The translations under genes and the position numbers were made by a program. Under the pieces are notes generated by a model that searched no databases, was not told where the DNA came from, and was given only the letters and a program-made list of their open reading frames with translations. This document shows, piece after piece, positions 22,632 through 38,891 of a DNA stretch of 64,000 bases. The stretch is taken from assembly GCF_055900595.2 (NCBI RefSeq), contig NZ_CM148325.1; one strand, written 5' to 3'. How positions within the stretch are numbered: position 1 is the first letter of the stretch; each line of letters starts with the position of its first letter.

Positions 22632-23498
22632 TTAAGGACGTGCGAGGAAATTCAGTACCAGTTGATTGAAAGCGTCGGCATGTTCCCACTGAGCCCAGTG
22701 ACCACAGTCGCGGAAGATATGCAGCTCAGAACCGGCGATGCCAGAAAGCAGACGCAGCCCTGCGTCCATCGGCACAAAACGGTCGTTACGCCCCCAGACA
22801 ATCAGAGTTTGCGCTTTGATTTCCGCCAGACGTGGGCCAAAATCCGGGAACTGTTTCGGATTGGCTTCCAGGCTCTTAACGAAGTTTTCCAGGTGATCGC
22901 GACGCGACAGCATATTATTCAGGCGCGCTTCAAACAGGGCGTCAGTCAAATCGCTGGTATCGAAAACGAAGATATCCATCATCAGCTTCAGATTTTCGAT
23001 AGTCGGCTGGCGATAAAGCTGATTCAGTCGCTTAATGCCTTCAGTTGGCATCGGCGTAAACAAACTCATGCCACCTGTACCGCCGCCCATCAGCACCAGT
23101 TTGCCGACGCGCTCCGGCCAGTTAAGGGTGAACGCCACAGAACTGTGGCCGCCCATCGAGTTGCCCAGCAGGTGGATTTTGGCGATATCCAGTTGATCCA
23201 CCACGCTTTTCAGGATGCGCGCATTGAGATCCGATCGCGAACCACTGTTAACGATCGAATCGCTCTTACCCCAACCAGGACAATCCAGCAGGATCACCCG
23301 ATAACCCGCTTCTACCAGCGGATCGATATTGCGGCTGAAGTTCGCCCAGCCCGTAGCCCCCGGGCCGGAGCCGTGCAGCAGGACAACGGTTTCGTCGCCT
23401 TGACCGCAGTCATTAAAATGGATGCGCAGCGTTTTACCCGCTTCTTCTACATTTAGAAAACGGCTGGTGGCGGCTTCGGTTTGTGGCTGATAACTCAT
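22632..23498 (-). CDS. mhpC: 2-hydroxy-6-ketonona-2,4-dienedioate hydrolase (alpha/beta hydrolase)
   Basis: ORF 22632-23561; start set at [14 protein letters not shown]... giving 288 aa; GNSMGG nucleophile motif. Confidence 0.88.
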
Positions 23499-23515
23499 CA
23501 TCTTCTCCTGCATAT

Positions 23516-24460
23516 TCAGTTCTCTGTTCTGGCGCTTAACGAGCCAAATCCGGCAATCCACTCCGGGATCGGGCGGTAATAACGCCCTTCGCTACGCCAG
23601 TTGCCAAACGCAGAAATAGCGGCAAAAGCAGCGACCCAGGTTTTGATTTCATGTGTCGACTTTCCTGCAATGGCGGAAAGCTCTTCGTTACTGACGGCAT
23701 CCAGTTCCTGTATGCGTCCCTGCTCCAGCAAAGACATGAACTGGTTATCCCAAATCGGGTTGAGCGGATGCAGAGTTCTCTGATCCTCAACAAACCTCTC
23801 AGCGGCGCTAATCACCCGTTGCTGGCGCATTTCGCGCTCATTGGCGGGCAAATCTTTCCCGCTACCCAACAGACGATCGCGCATATGGGCATCCGCTTTC
23901 GCCAGTTCTGGCACTGGCGGCTGATGGGAAAGCCCACCGGAACCCAGGAACAGCACGCGCTTATTCAGCGTGCTGGTGAAACGTCCAATGGCTTCACCCA
24001 ACATGCGGGTACGCTGAAAACCAGGTAGCGGCGTGGCGACACCGTTGATGAATACAGGTAGGACCGGCACCTTATCCAGCCCACCGAGCAAGAACTCCAG
24101 CGGCTGGGCGAACCCATGATCCACCTGCATACAGTAAGAAACGGCAAGATCAATCCCGCTCTTCATGACGGCATGTGCACAATCCTCCGCCAACTCCACA
24201 GGCACAGGAAGCTCTCCTGCCGCACTGCCGAAATCGCCAATTGCCGTCGCCCCAACGCCTAAACAGAAGGGTGGCATCACGTCATAGAAAAAACCGTTGT
24301 AATGATCTGGCGCAAACAGCACCACCAGTTCAGGGGAGAAGGCCGCAATACGCTCGCGGGCACTGGCAATCACGCCATTGACCTCATCGAGTATCTCTTG
24401 CGCCGGGTCGACATACCCTACCAGCGGCGAGTGGGAAAGACAGTGAAGATAAGCGTGCAT
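23516..24460 (-). CDS. mhpB: 3-(2,3-dihydroxyphenyl)propionate extradiol dioxygenase
   Basis: 314 aa [19 protein letters not shown]... Confidence 0.92.
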
Positions 24461-24461
24461 A

Positions 24462-26126
24462 TCAGGCTACCTTTTCGACAGAAACGTCGACATCAGGGCG
24501 GTTGAGTGTCATCACGGACGCCAGTTTATTCAGCGTATTACCCAGAGTTTGCGGAATGGCGATGGCGGCAACAAAGCGATCCGGGCGCATCACCACTAGC
24601 GAAGCATTATGTTGTGCGAACCAGCTACGCATGCGACCTTGCGTATCGCCCACGCGCAGCACGCCGTCGTAGTTATCCTGCGCGGTATGAATTTGCACAT
24701 CCGGCACCACCTGAATGAAGCGAGTACCCAGCGCGCGCCATTGCTGGATTTGCTCATCGCTCATCCCCCACAGTGGATTGCATCCCCAGCCAATTACCGC
24801 GAAGTTCGCGCCGATCGCGTTATCGAGCAACGTCACGTCGCCGTTTTCCAGCGTAACTTTCGGCTGAATAAACATCTTGCCGACCGGAGAGTGTTTCGCT
24901 TCGCCTTCACGCACCAGCGCACCGGCGTAATATTGCGGCATCGGCTTGAAGCGCATTTCGAGAAAGTAGCGTTTTACTGGCGGCAGATAATTCAGCAGCC
25001 AGGAAACACCGTCACGTAACGTACCCTGCCAGCGTTTCGGCGGAGCCAGTACGTTGCCCGCCGTCACCGACAGATCAATCATCGCTTTGGCGTGATCGCG
25101 ACGTTCTTGTTGATAGGTATCGAGCAGCGCATCGCGAGCTTTCCCCTGGATAACCAACGCCAGTTTCCAGGCGAGGTTAAAGGCGTCGCGCATACCACTG
25201 TTATAGCCCTGCCCCTGCCACACCGGCATGATATGTGCGGCATCGCCCGCCAGCAGTACGCGGTCAATACGAAAACGTTGTGCCAGTCGCGCGTTGTGGG
25301 TGTAGACACGCTGGCGAATCAACTCGACGTTGTCCGGATTAGGCAGCACTTTGCTTAACAGCTTGCGCATATTTTGCGGCTCGCGGAGCTGTTCTTCGGT
25401 TTCGCCCGGCATCACCATAAATTCAAAGCGACGTACCGCATGAGGCAGAGCCGCAGAAACATACGGGCGCACCGGATCGCAACACAAATAGATATGCGGC
25501 GTACTTAACGGATCGTTGGCGATATCCACCACAATCCACTGATTTGGTGCGGTTTTACCTTCAAACGGCACATTCAGGGTGCGCCGGACAAAACTTGCTC
25601 CACCGTCACAGGCTACCAGCCACTGGGCTTTGACCGTTTCCCGCTGCCCTTCTGCCGTTTTCAGATACAAGGTCACTTCGTCATCTTGCTGGCTGAAGGC
25701 CTCCAGCTCGCGGGAAAACAGGCAGCGCACATTCGGAAACCGCGACAACCCTTCCAGCATCACCGCATCGACCTGCGGCTGAATAAAGGCGTTACGACGC
25801 GGCCAGCCAAATTCATCGGTCATTGGCTGAATATCAGCAAAACAGCGGCCTTTTGGGGTAAGAAAACGCATCGCATGCCACGGCGTAGTGTGCGGCAGAA
25901 CATTATCGACAAGGTCAACCGACTGCATGGTGCGCAGCGCCTCGTCATCAATTCCAATCGCGCGTGGATAGTCGATCAACTTATCGAGTTTCTCCACCAC
26001 CAGCACGTCAATGCCCATCTGGCCGAGATAGTTCGCCATCATCAGCCCGACCGGACCGGCACCAGCGATCGCCACCTGAACGCAATGGTTAATAGCAGGC
26101 TGGATGTCAGGGTGTTGTATTGCCAT
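24462..26126 (-). CDS. mhpA: 3-(3-hydroxyphenyl)propionate hydroxylase (FAD monooxygenase)
   Basis: 554 aa with N-terminal GAGPVG FAD-binding fold. Confidence 0.92.
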   Translation of the reverse strand: MAIQHPDIQPAINHCVQVAIAGAGPVGLMMANYLGQMGIDVLVVEKLDKLIDYPRAIGIDDEALRTMQSVDLVDNVLPHTTPWHAMRFLTPKGRCFADIQPMTDEFGWPRRNAFIQPQVDAVMLEGLSRFPNVRCLFSRELEAFSQQDDEVTLYLKTAEGQRETVKAQWLVACDGGASFVRRTLNVPFEGKTAPNQWIVVDIANDPLSTPHIYLCCDPVRPYVSAALPHAVRRFEFMVMPGETEEQLREPQNMRKLLSKVLPNPDNVELIRQRVYTHNARLAQRFRIDRVLLAGDAAHIMPVWQGQGYNSGMRDAFNLAWKLALVIQGKARDALLDTYQQERRDHAKAMIDLSVTAGNVLAPPKRWQGTLRDGVSWLLNYLPPVKRYFLEMRFKPMPQYYAGALVREGEAKHSPVGKMFIQPKVTLENGDVTLLDNAIGANFAVIGWGCNPLWGMSDEQIQQWRALGTRFIQVVPDVQIHTAQDNYDGVLRVGDTQGRMRSWFAQHNASLVVMRPDRFVAAIAIPQTLGNTLNKLASVMTLNRPDVDVSVEKVA

Positions 26127-26267
26127 TTCAGTACCTCACGACTCGGAAAAAATGCCGTTGCGCGCACAGTTCAACGCAACTTATTTTGTTAAAAACATGT
26201 AAATGATTTTTTATTGTGCGCTCAGTATAGGAAGGGTGTTTTCGGCTACAATCAAAACATGCCTGAG

Positions 26268-26284
26268 TGTGCACCAGGTGCACA
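26268..26284. promoter_or_regulatory. 17-bp perfect palindrome TGTGCACC-A-GGTGCACA in the mhpR-mhpA divergent region, candidate MhpR (IclR-type) operator
   Basis: Perfect 8-bp arms around a central base, 33 bp upstream of the mhpR ATG. Confidence 0.55.
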
Positions 26285-26316
26285 ACGTTGTTTTAAATAT
26301 AGAAATGTCAATTAAT

Positions 26317-27150
26317 ATGCAGAAAGATGAGCAGACGGAATACAAAACCGTGCGCGGCTTAACCCGCGGTCTAATGTTATTAAATATGTTAAATAAACTC
26401 GATGGCGGTGCCAGCGTCGGGCTGCTGGCGGAGCTCAGCGGCCTGCATCGCACCACTGTGCGGCGACTGCTGGAAACGCTGCAGGAAGAGGGATATGTCC
26501 GGCGCAGTACCTCCGATGACAGTTTTCGTCTGACCATCAAAGTGCGGCAATTAAGCGAAGGATTTCGTGACGAACAATGGATTTCTGCACTGGCAGCCCC
26601 GCTGCTGGGCGATCTGTTGCGCGAAGTGGTATGGCCGACAGATGTGTCCACGCTGGATGTTGATGCAATGGTGGTACGCGAAACCACCCACCGTTTCAGC
26701 CGTTTATCTTTTCACCGGGCAATGGTCGGACGGCGTTTACCGCTCCTGAAAACCGCCTCGGGACTGACCTGGCTGGCCTTTTGCCCGGAACAAGAACGCA
26801 AGGAGTTAATCGAAATGTTAGCCGCCCGCCCCGGTGATGACTATCAACTGGCACGGGAACCGTTAAAGCTGGAAGCCATTCTGGCGCGCGCACGCAAAGA
26901 GGGTTACGGACAGAACTACCGTGGCTGGGATCAGGAAGAGAAGATCGCCTCCATTGCCGTGCCCCTACGCAGTGAACAACGGGTGATTGGCTGTCTGAAT
27001 CTGGTGTATATGGCAAGCGCAATGACCATCGAACAGGCAGCGGAAAAGCATCTTCCGGCGCTACAACGGGTAGCAAAACAGATCGAAGAAGGGGTTGAAT
27101 CGCAGGCTATTCTGGTGGCCGGACGGCGAAGCGGCGTGCATTTACGCTAG
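26317..27150 (+). CDS. mhpR: IclR-family transcriptional activator of the mhp operon
   Basis: ORF 26203-27150; start set at MQKDEQTEYKTVRGLTRGL... giving 277 aa. Confidence 0.88.
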   Translation: MQKDEQTEYKTVRGLTRGLMLLNMLNKLDGGASVGLLAELSGLHRTTVRRLLETLQEEGYVRRSTSDDSFRLTIKVRQLSEGFRDEQWISALAAPLLGDLLREVVWPTDVSTLDVDAMVVRETTHRFSRLSFHRAMVGRRLPLLKTASGLTWLAFCPEQERKELIEMLAARPGDDYQLAREPLKLEAILARARKEGYGQNYRGWDQEEKIASIAVPLRSEQRVIGCLNLVYMASAMTIEQAAEKHLPALQRVAKQIEEGVESQAILVAGRRSGVHLR

Positions 27151-27252
27151 TTGCGCCAATGTGTAATTTGGCCCATTCTCATCGTTATTCGCCCATTTGC
27201 CCACATGCACAGTACGGGCTGCACGCTACGCTAATGCCATCAATACTGTGAT

Positions 27253-28041
27253 GTGGAGCAAATCATGAAAATTACTCAAATTCGTAATGCCACCCAAATT
27301 ATCCAATACGCTGGCAAAACATTTCTTATTGACCCGTTACTCGCGCCTAAAGGAAGTTATCCGGGTTTTGCCGGAACGGCACGCGCAGAAATCCGCAATC
27401 CAACGGTAGAATTACCGTGCGATTTAACAACGTTACTCAACGTTGACGCCCTAATAGTGACCCATTTGCATGAAGATCATTGGGACGAAACAGCCTCCCG
27501 CGTCGTCCCCAAAGATAAACAGATTTATGTGCAAAATGAGCAAGATGCTGAATCACTGCATAAACAAGGATTTACGCATCTTACCGTACTTGCCGACGAG
27601 ACTAAATTTGGCGATATTACTCTGCATAAAACGACAGGGCAGCACGGCTCCGATCGCACCTATGCAGACCCGGCTATGGCGAAGCGTTTAGGCGCAGCCT
27701 GCGGCGTTGTTTTCCAGCACCCGACAGAGAAAACGCTCTATCTGGCTGGCGATACCCTCTGGCGTGATGACGTCGAGGCTACAATGCTAACTTTCCAACC
27801 AGAAGTGGTGGTGTTGAATGCCGGATTTGCGCATGTTCTGGGGCATGGCGCGATAATTATGGGAGCTGAAGATATTCTCAAAACACATTTTACCCTGCCA
27901 GAAGCGCAAATTGTCGCGACACATATGGAGGCCGTAAACCACTGTTTGCTGACGCGTGATGCGCTCAAGGAATACGCCAGAGATAATCAAATTATCGAAT
28001 TTGTGAACGTACCAGAAGATGGTGAAACGTTGACATTCTAA
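27253..28041 (+). CDS. MBL-fold metallo-hydrolase
   Basis: 262 aa with the HxHxDH signature THLHEDH; start could be ATG 27265 (MKITQ). Confidence 0.75.
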   Translation: MEQIMKITQIRNATQIIQYAGKTFLIDPLLAPKGSYPGFAGTARAEIRNPTVELPCDLTTLLNVDALIVTHLHEDHWDETASRVVPKDKQIYVQNEQDAESLHKQGFTHLTVLADETKFGDITLHKTTGQHGSDRTYADPAMAKRLGAACGVVFQHPTEKTLYLAGDTLWRDDVEATMLTFQPEVVVLNAGFAHVLGHGAIIMGAEDILKTHFTLPEAQIVATHMEAVNHCLLTRDALKEYARDNQIIEFVNVPEDGETLTF

Positions 28042-28060
28042 TTCGGAGATAAAGAGTGTT

Positions 28061-29014
28061 ATGCGCCCGCTAACTGTTGCCATTATCGCCGTTGCCGGTT
28101 TTAGTCCTTTTCACCTTTCCGTACCGTTTATCGTGTTTAGCGAAAAAATGGCGGAGAAAAAACGCTTTCATGTAATTATCTGCGCTGAAAAGCCGGGAAA
28201 TGTGGACTCTGCCGATGGGTTTTCCGTAACCGCCACCCATGACTATACGGCAGTCATCCAGGCGGATATTGTGATAATTCCTTACTGGGGAACAATTACA
28301 CAAAAACCGCCACAAAAACTGCTGGAAGCCTTAACGATCGCACGAGATAACGGGGCACAGATTGTCGGGCTTTGCCTGGGCACGTTTGTGCTCGGCTATG
28401 CAGGTTTACTGAACAATAAGCGTGCTGCCACGCACTGGGAGTTCGAGCGTGAATTTCAGGCACGTTTTCCACAAACACATCTGGATATTAACGCGTTGTA
28501 TGTAGACGATGATGGCATTATTACCTCTGCCGGTACTGCCGCGGCGCTGGATTGCTGTTTGTATATTGTTCGGCAACATTTTGGCAGCGACTATGCTAAC
28601 CATATTGCCCGACGGATGGTCGTACCGCCATATCGCACCGGCGGTCAGGCGCAGTTTATAGAGCAACCGGTGCCGAAAAATACCCATGATGAACGCATTA
28701 ACCTCCTGCTGGATTACCTGCGGCAAAACATTGCGCAACAGCATGATCTCGACTCGCTGGCTCAGCGAGTAATGATGAGTCGCCGCACACTAACCCGTCA
28801 TTTTATGAAAGCGACCGGTTCGAGTATCGCCGAATGGCTCATCACTGAACGCTTACGCCGTAGCCAGGAACTGTTGGGATCCAGTCAGTTGCCCGTTGAG
28901 CGGATAGCGGCTGAGGTGGGTTTTCTCTCACCTGTGACCTGGCGTCAGCATTTTAAATCTCACTTCGGCGTCAGCCCCGCAGAATGGCGCAAAACCTTTC
29001 GTGGTATGGCATGA
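28061..29014 (+). CDS. GlxA-type transcriptional regulator (DJ-1/PfpI-like N-domain plus AraC-family HTH)
   Basis: 317 aa; C-terminal AraC-type HTH region (SRRTLTRHFMKATGSSIAEWLITERL...); 3' end overlaps the lacI promoter. Confidence 0.75.
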   Translation: MRPLTVAIIAVAGFSPFHLSVPFIVFSEKMAEKKRFHVIICAEKPGNVDSADGFSVTATHDYTAVIQADIVIIPYWGTITQKPPQKLLEALTIARDNGAQIVGLCLGTFVLGYAGLLNNKRAATHWEFEREFQARFPQTHLDINALYVDDDGIITSAGTAAALDCCLYIVRQHFGSDYANHIARRMVVPPYRTGGQAQFIEQPVPKNTHDERINLLLDYLRQNIAQQHDLDSLAQRVMMSRRTLTRHFMKATGSSIAEWLITERLRRSQELLGSSQLPVERIAAEVGFLSPVTWRQHFKSHFGVSPAEWRKTFRGMA

Positions 29015-29015
29015 T
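28987..29015 (+). promoter_or_regulatory. lacI promoter: -35 GCGCAA at 28987-28992 and -10 CATGAT at 29010-29015
   Basis: Matches the canonical lacI promoter sequence GAATGGCGCAAAACCTTTCG-GGTATGGCATGATAGCGCC; here it lies inside the last 10 codons of the upstream ORF. Confidence 0.75.
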
Positions 29016-29050
29016 AGCGCCCGGAAGAAAGTCAATTCAGGGTGGTGAAT

Positions 29051-30126
29051 GTGAAACCAGTAACGCTATACGATGTCGCGGAGTATGCCGGTGTCTCTTA
29101 TCAGACCGTTTCCCGCGTGGTGAATCAGGCCAGCCACGTTTCAGCGAAAACGCGGGAAAAAGTGGAAGCGGCGATGGCGGAGCTAAATTACATTCCCAAC
29201 CGCGTAGCACAACAGTTAGCGGGCAAACAGTCGTTGCTGATTGGCGTTGCCACCTCCAGTCTGGCCCTGCACGCACCGTCGCAAATTGTCGCGGCGATTA
29301 AATCTCGCGCCGATCAACTGGGTGCCAGCGTGGTGGTGTCGATGGTAGAAAGAAGCGGTGTCGAAGCCTGTAAAGCGGCAGTACACAATCTTCTCGCGCA
29401 ACGCGTAAGTGGTCTGATCATCAACTATCCGCTGGATGACCAGGATGCCATTGCTGTGGAGGCAGCCTGCGCTAATGTTCCGGCGCTATTTCTTGATGTC
29501 TCTGACCAGACTCCCATCAACAGTATTATTTTTTCCCATGAAGACGGTACGCGGCTGGGCGTAGAGCATTTGGTCGCATTGGGTCACCAGCAAATCGCGC
29601 TGTTAGCGGGCCCATTAAGTTCTGTCTCGGCGCGTCTGCGTCTGGCGGGCTGGCATAAATATCTTAAACACAATCAAATTCAACCGATAGCGGAACGGGA
29701 AGGCGACTGGAGCGCCATGTCCGGTTTTCATCAAACCATGCAGATGCTGAATGAGGGCATCATTCCTACCGCGATGCTGGTTGCCAACGATCAGATGGCG
29801 CTGGGTGCAATGCGCGCCATTACCGAGTTCGGGCTGCGCGTCGGCGCGGATATCTCGGTAGTGGGATACGACGATACCGAAGACAGCTCGTGTTATATCC
29901 CGCCATTAACGACCATCAAACAGGATTTTCGCCTGCTTGGGCAAACCAGCGTGGACCGCTTGCTGCAACTCTCTCAGGGCCAGGCGGTGAAGGGCAATCA
30001 GCTGTTGCCCGTCTCACTGGTGAAACGAAAAACCACCCTGCCACCCAATACGCAAACCGCTTCTCCCCAGGCGTTGGCTGATTCCTTAATGCAGCTGGCG
30101 CGACAAATTTCCCGACTGGAAAGCGA

Positions 30127-30133
<7 letters not shown>
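29051..30133 (+). CDS. lacI: Lactose operon repressor
   Basis: GTG start at 29051 (MKPVTLYDVAEYAGVSYQTVSRVVNQ...), 360 aa; the track ORF begins 9 bp earlier. Confidence 0.96.
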
Positions 30134-33330
<3,197 letters not shown>

Positions 33331-33336
33331 TAATAA

Positions 33337-34635
<1,299 letters not shown>

Positions 34636-34644
34636 GCAATCAAT

Positions 34645-34675
34645 GTCGGATGCGGCGCGAGCGCCTTATCCGACC
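34645..34675. repeat. REP element between lacY and lacA
   Basis: GTCGGATGCGGCGCGAGCGCCTTATCCGAC palindrome. Confidence 0.7.
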
Positions 34676-34700
34676 AACATATCAGGACGGAATGATCAAA

Positions 34701-35312
34701 ATGAACATGTCGATGACAGAAAGAATAAAAGCAGGAAAGCTATTTACCGATATGTGCGAAGGCTTACCTGAAAAAAGACTTCGTGGGAAAACATTAATGT
34801 ATGAGTTTAATCACTCGCATCCAGCGGAAGTTGAAAAAAGAGAAAGCCTGCTTAAAGAAATGTTTGCCACGGTAGGGGAAAACGCCTGGGTTGAACCACC
34901 TGTCTATTTCTCTTACGGCTCCAACATCCATATAGGCCGCAATTTTTATGCAAATTTCAATTTAACCATTGTCGATGATTACACGGTAACGATCGGTGAT
35001 AACGTACTGGTTGCCCCCAACGTTACCATTTCCGTTACGGGACACCCTGTACACCATGAATTAAGAAAAAACGGAGAGATGTACTCTTTTGCGATAACGA
35101 TTGGTAATAACGTCTGGATCGGCAGCCATGTGGTCATTAATCCAGGCGTCACCATCGGGGATAATTCTGTTATTGGCGCGGGAAGTGTCGTCACAAAAGA
35201 CATTCCACCAAACGTCGTAGCTGCTGGCATTCCTTGTCGGGTTATTCGCGAAATAAACGATCGGGATAAGCAATATTATTTCAAAGATTTTAAAGTTGAA
35301 TCGTCAGTTTAA
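34701..35312 (+). CDS. lacA: Galactoside O-acetyltransferase (hexapeptide-repeat)
   Basis: ORF 34650-35312; start set at MNMSMTERIKAGKLFTDM... giving 203 aa. Confidence 0.93.
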   Translation: MNMSMTERIKAGKLFTDMCEGLPEKRLRGKTLMYEFNHSHPAEVEKRESLLKEMFATVGENAWVEPPVYFSYGSNIHIGRNFYANFNLTIVDDYTVTIGDNVLVAPNVTISVTGHPVHHELRKNGEMYSFAITIGNNVWIGSHVVINPGVTIGDNSVIGAGSVVTKDIPPNVVAAGIPCRVIREINDRDKQYYFKDFKVESSV

Positions 35313-35324
35313 ATAAGCAAAATT

Positions 35325-35400
35325 GCCTGATGCGCTCCGCTTATCAGGCCTATAAGTTCAGTGATCTACGTAGGCCGCATCCGGCGTAAACAAAGCGCAG
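35325..35400. repeat. REP/BIME between lacA and cynX
   Basis: GCCTGATGCGCTCCGCTTATCAGGCC and GTAGGCCGCATCCGGCG units. Confidence 0.75.
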
Positions 35401-35414
35401 GAACGAGCGTCGCA

Positions 35415-36569
35415 TCATGCCTCTTTGACCCACAGCTGCGGAAAACGTGCTGGTGCAAAACGCAGGGTTATGATCATCAGCCCAACGACGCACAGCGCAT
35501 GAAACGCCCAGTCCATCAGGTAATTGCCACTGATACTACGCAGCACACCAGAAAACCACGGAGCAAGCCCGGCAATGATAAAACCGATCCCCTGCATAAA
35601 CGCCACCAGTTTGCCAGCAATAGCGGGTTGCGCAGAGTGATCGAGCGCCAGCAGCAAACAGAGCGGAAATGCGACACCCAGACCTAACCCACACACCATT
35701 GCCCACAATACCGGCAATTGCAGCGGCAGCCAGATAAAGCCGCAGAAACCCACCAGTTGTAACGCCAGTGCCAGCATTAATAGTTTGCGCCGATCCTGAT
35801 GGCGAGCCATAGCAGGCATCAGCAATGCCCCTGCGGCTTGACCAAGCGTCATCAACGCCAGCAAGGAACCGCTGTACTGCGTGCTGGCACCGATCTCAAT
35901 ATAGAAGGCGGGTAACCAGGCAATCAGACTGGCGTAACCGCCGTTAATCAGACCGAAGTAAACACCCAGCGTCCAGGCGCGGGGAGTGAAGACTACGCGA
36001 ACCGGAGTGGTTGTTGTCTTGTGGGAAGATACGACCTCGCGGGAGCTTTGCCACCACCAGGCAAAGAGCGCAATAATGGCAGGCAGCGCCCACCAGGCGA
36101 GAGTCTGGAACCAAATCTCGCTGTGTTGAACTAACCAGGGCGTCAGGGCGGCACCAAGTCCACCGCCGCCCATCAGAGCCGCAGACCACAGCCCCATCAC
36201 CAGTGGCGTGCGCTGCTGAAACCGCCGTTTAATCACCGAAGGCATCACCGCCTGAATGATGCCGACCCCCACTCCACCGAGCAGTGCGCTGCTAAGCAGC
36301 AGCACACTTTGAGGGTAAAGCTCTCGCATCAATGCGCCGACGGCTATCAACAACAAACTGATGGCGACGCTGCGACGTTCGCTGACATGCTGATGAAGCC
36401 AGCTTCCGACCAGCGCCAGCCCGCCCATGGTGACCACCGGCAGAGCGGTCAACAGGGCAGCCACGCTAAAGCTCATTCCGCTCGCCTGGCGCAATTGCGG
36501 TAGCAGTGGCCCGACGGAGGTGAGCAGTGGTCGCATATTAAGACCAATCAGCACCAGAACCAGCAGCAT
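35415..36569 (-). CDS. cynX: Cyanate MFS transporter
   Basis: ORF 35415-36596; start set at MLLVLVLIGLNMRPL... giving 384 aa. Confidence 0.88.
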   Translation of the reverse strand: MLLVLVLIGLNMRPLLTSVGPLLPQLRQASGMSFSVAALLTALPVVTMGGLALVGSWLHQHVSERRSVAISLLLIAVGALMRELYPQSVLLLSSALLGGVGVGIIQAVMPSVIKRRFQQRTPLVMGLWSAALMGGGGLGAALTPWLVQHSEIWFQTLAWWALPAIIALFAWWWQSSREVVSSHKTTTTPVRVVFTPRAWTLGVYFGLINGGYASLIAWLPAFYIEIGASTQYSGSLLALMTLGQAAGALLMPAMARHQDRRKLLMLALALQLVGFCGFIWLPLQLPVLWAMVCGLGLGVAFPLCLLLALDHSAQPAIAGKLVAFMQGIGFIIAGLAPWFSGVLRSISGNYLMDWAFHALCVVGLMIITLRFAPARFPQLWVKEA

Positions 36570-36601
36570 CGTGAACGTCTTTTGATGGTCGCGCATGGCT
36601 G

Positions 36602-37090
<489 letters not shown>

Positions 37091-37102
37091 TTAAAAATAA
37101 GG

Positions 37103-37762
37103 TTACGCTGCGGCCGGCTGGCGTAGCGGTATGGCACAAACGCAAGGATTAGCGGCCAGTGGCACAAACTGGCGGGTTGCGCCGTCAAAGGCTGCGATAC
37201 TTCCGCTTTCAATGTCGTAGACCCAGCCGTGCAGAGCGATCCGCCCCTCTTCGAGCGCCAGGCGCACCGATGGATGAGTTTGCAAATTAGCCAACTGAGC
37301 AATGACGTTTTCACGTACCATCGCCGCAGCTTTTGACGCTAAATCGGAATGCGGGCGCGCCTCATTAACGACGCGAGCTGAATCGGCATAACGCAGCCAG
37401 TGGGAAACAGCTGGCATATGGTCCATGCACTGACAGCTGGCAATGGCAGTCATCGCGCCACAGTTGGAATGACCGCAAATCACAATGTCAGATACCCGAA
37501 GCGCAGCGACGGCATACTCCACCGAAGCAGAAACGCCACCAGGTTCCGGTCCGTAGGAAGGGACGATATTGCCCGCGTTGCGAATCACGAACAGATCGCT
37601 AGGTTCGCGTTGCGTCACCAGCTCAGGGACCAGACGGCTGTCGGAGCAGGAGATAAAAAGTGTGCGCGGGCTTTGCTGTGTCGCCAGCTGTTTAAACAAG
37701 GCTTCCCGCTTCGGAAATGCCTCGCGCTGGAATTTAAGGAATCCATCAATAATCTCTTTCAC
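37103..37762 (-). CDS. cynT: Beta-class carbonic anhydrase
   Basis: 219 aa [43 protein letters not shown]... Confidence 0.94.
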   Translation of the reverse strand: MKEIIDGFLKFQREAFPKREALFKQLATQQSPRTLFISCSDSRLVPELVTQREPSDLFVIRNAGNIVPSYGPEPGGVSASVEYAVAALRVSDIVICGHSNCGAMTAIASCQCMDHMPAVSHWLRYADSARVVNEARPHSDLASKAAAMVRENVIAQLANLQTHPSVRLALEEGRIALHGWVYDIESGSIAAFDGATRQFVPLAANPCVCAIPLRQPAAA

Positions 37763-37871
37763 CGTTAACCTCTGTCTGTCTCTGGAATGAGAGGCAGACT
37801 ACTCGCCGATTGCCATAAGGTAAAAGACTCATTTATGATTAGTTCTATTGGATTTACTTATAGGTTGGCGA

Positions 37872-38771
37872 ATGCTCTCTCGACATATCAATTACTTTCT
37901 TGCCGTGGCTGAACATGGCAGCTTCACCCGTGCCGCCAGTGCGTTGCATATCTCCCAGCCTGCGCTTTCCCAGCAGATTCGCCAGTTAGAAGAGAGTTTG
38001 GGCGTACCGCTGTTTGACCGTAGCGGGCGAACGATTCGTCTCACCGATGCGGGAGAAGTCTGGCGACAGTACGCCAGCCGTGCGTTACAGGAACTGGGGG
38101 CGGGTAAACGGGCGATTCATGATGTTGCCGATTTGACGCGAGGATCGCTGCGCATCGCCGTCACCCCCACCTTCACGAGCTACTTTATCGGCCCTTTAAT
38201 GGCGGATTTCTATGCGCGTTATCCCGGCATCACGCTCCAGCTACAGGAAATGTCACAGGAGAAAATCGAAGATCTGCTTTGCCGCGACGAGCTGGATGTT
38301 GGGATTGCCTTCGCGCCGGTGCATTCGCCGGAACTGGAGGCAATACCTTTACTGACAGAAAGTTTAGCGTTAGTCGTGGCGCAACATCATCCACTGGCAG
38401 CCCATGAACAGGTGGCGTTGAGTCGCTTGCATGATGAAAAACTGGTACTGCTCAGCGCGGAATTTGCCACCAGAGAGCAAATTGACCACTACTGCGAGAA
38501 AGCGGGGCTACATCCACAGGTGGTGATAGAGGCGAACTCAATTAGCGCAGTTCTGGCGCTGATTCGCCGCACTTCCCTTTCCACATTGTTGCCAGCAGCG
38601 ATTGCCACACAACATGACGGGCTTAAAGCTATTTCTCTTGCCCCACCGTTACTGGAGAGAACGGCGGTTTTGTTGCGGCGGAAAAATAGCGGGCAGACAG
38701 CCGCCGCAAAGGCATTTTTGCAAATGGCGTTGGATGAATGTGCGGTTGTTGGCGGGAATGAATCACGGTAG
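37872..38771 (+). CDS. cynR: LysR-family regulator of the cyn operon
   Basis: ORF 37848-38771; start set at [34 protein letters not shown]... giving 299 aa. Confidence 0.9.
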   Translation: MLSRHINYFLAVAEHGSFTRAASALHISQPALSQQIRQLEESLGVPLFDRSGRTIRLTDAGEVWRQYASRALQELGAGKRAIHDVADLTRGSLRIAVTPTFTSYFIGPLMADFYARYPGITLQLQEMSQEKIEDLLCRDELDVGIAFAPVHSPELEAIPLLTESLALVVAQHHPLAAHEQVALSRLHDEKLVLLSAEFATREQIDHYCEKAGLHPQVVIEANSISAVLALIRRTSLSTLLPAAIATQHDGLKAISLAPPLLERTAVLLRRKNSGQTAAAKAFLQMALDECAVVGGNESR

Positions 38772-38792
38772 CCGCTGACACAGGTCAGCGGC
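38771..38792 (+). terminator. Hairpin GCCGCTGAC-ACAG-GTCAGCGGC at the cynR stop
   Basis: 9-bp perfect stem, 4-nt loop, overlapping the stop codon; no clear T-tract. Confidence 0.35.
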
Positions 38793-38799
38793 TGGAATT

Positions 38800-38866
38800 G
38801 CCTGATGCGCGACGCTTATCAGGCCTACGAGTTCAGTGCAAGGCGTTCAAGCCGCATCCGGCATAA
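38800..38866. repeat. REP element between cynR and codA
   Basis: GCCTGATGCGCGACGCTTATCAGGCCTAC ... GCCGCATCCGGCAT. Confidence 0.75.
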
Positions 38867-38891
38867 ACTACGCTCGCTGCAACCCAGCCGA

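Noticed and set aside
26190-26230. Possible CRP site in the mhpA promoter region (TGTTAAAAACATG)
   Set aside because: Poor match to TGTGA-N6-TCACA; I could not place a convincing CRP half-site pair by eye.
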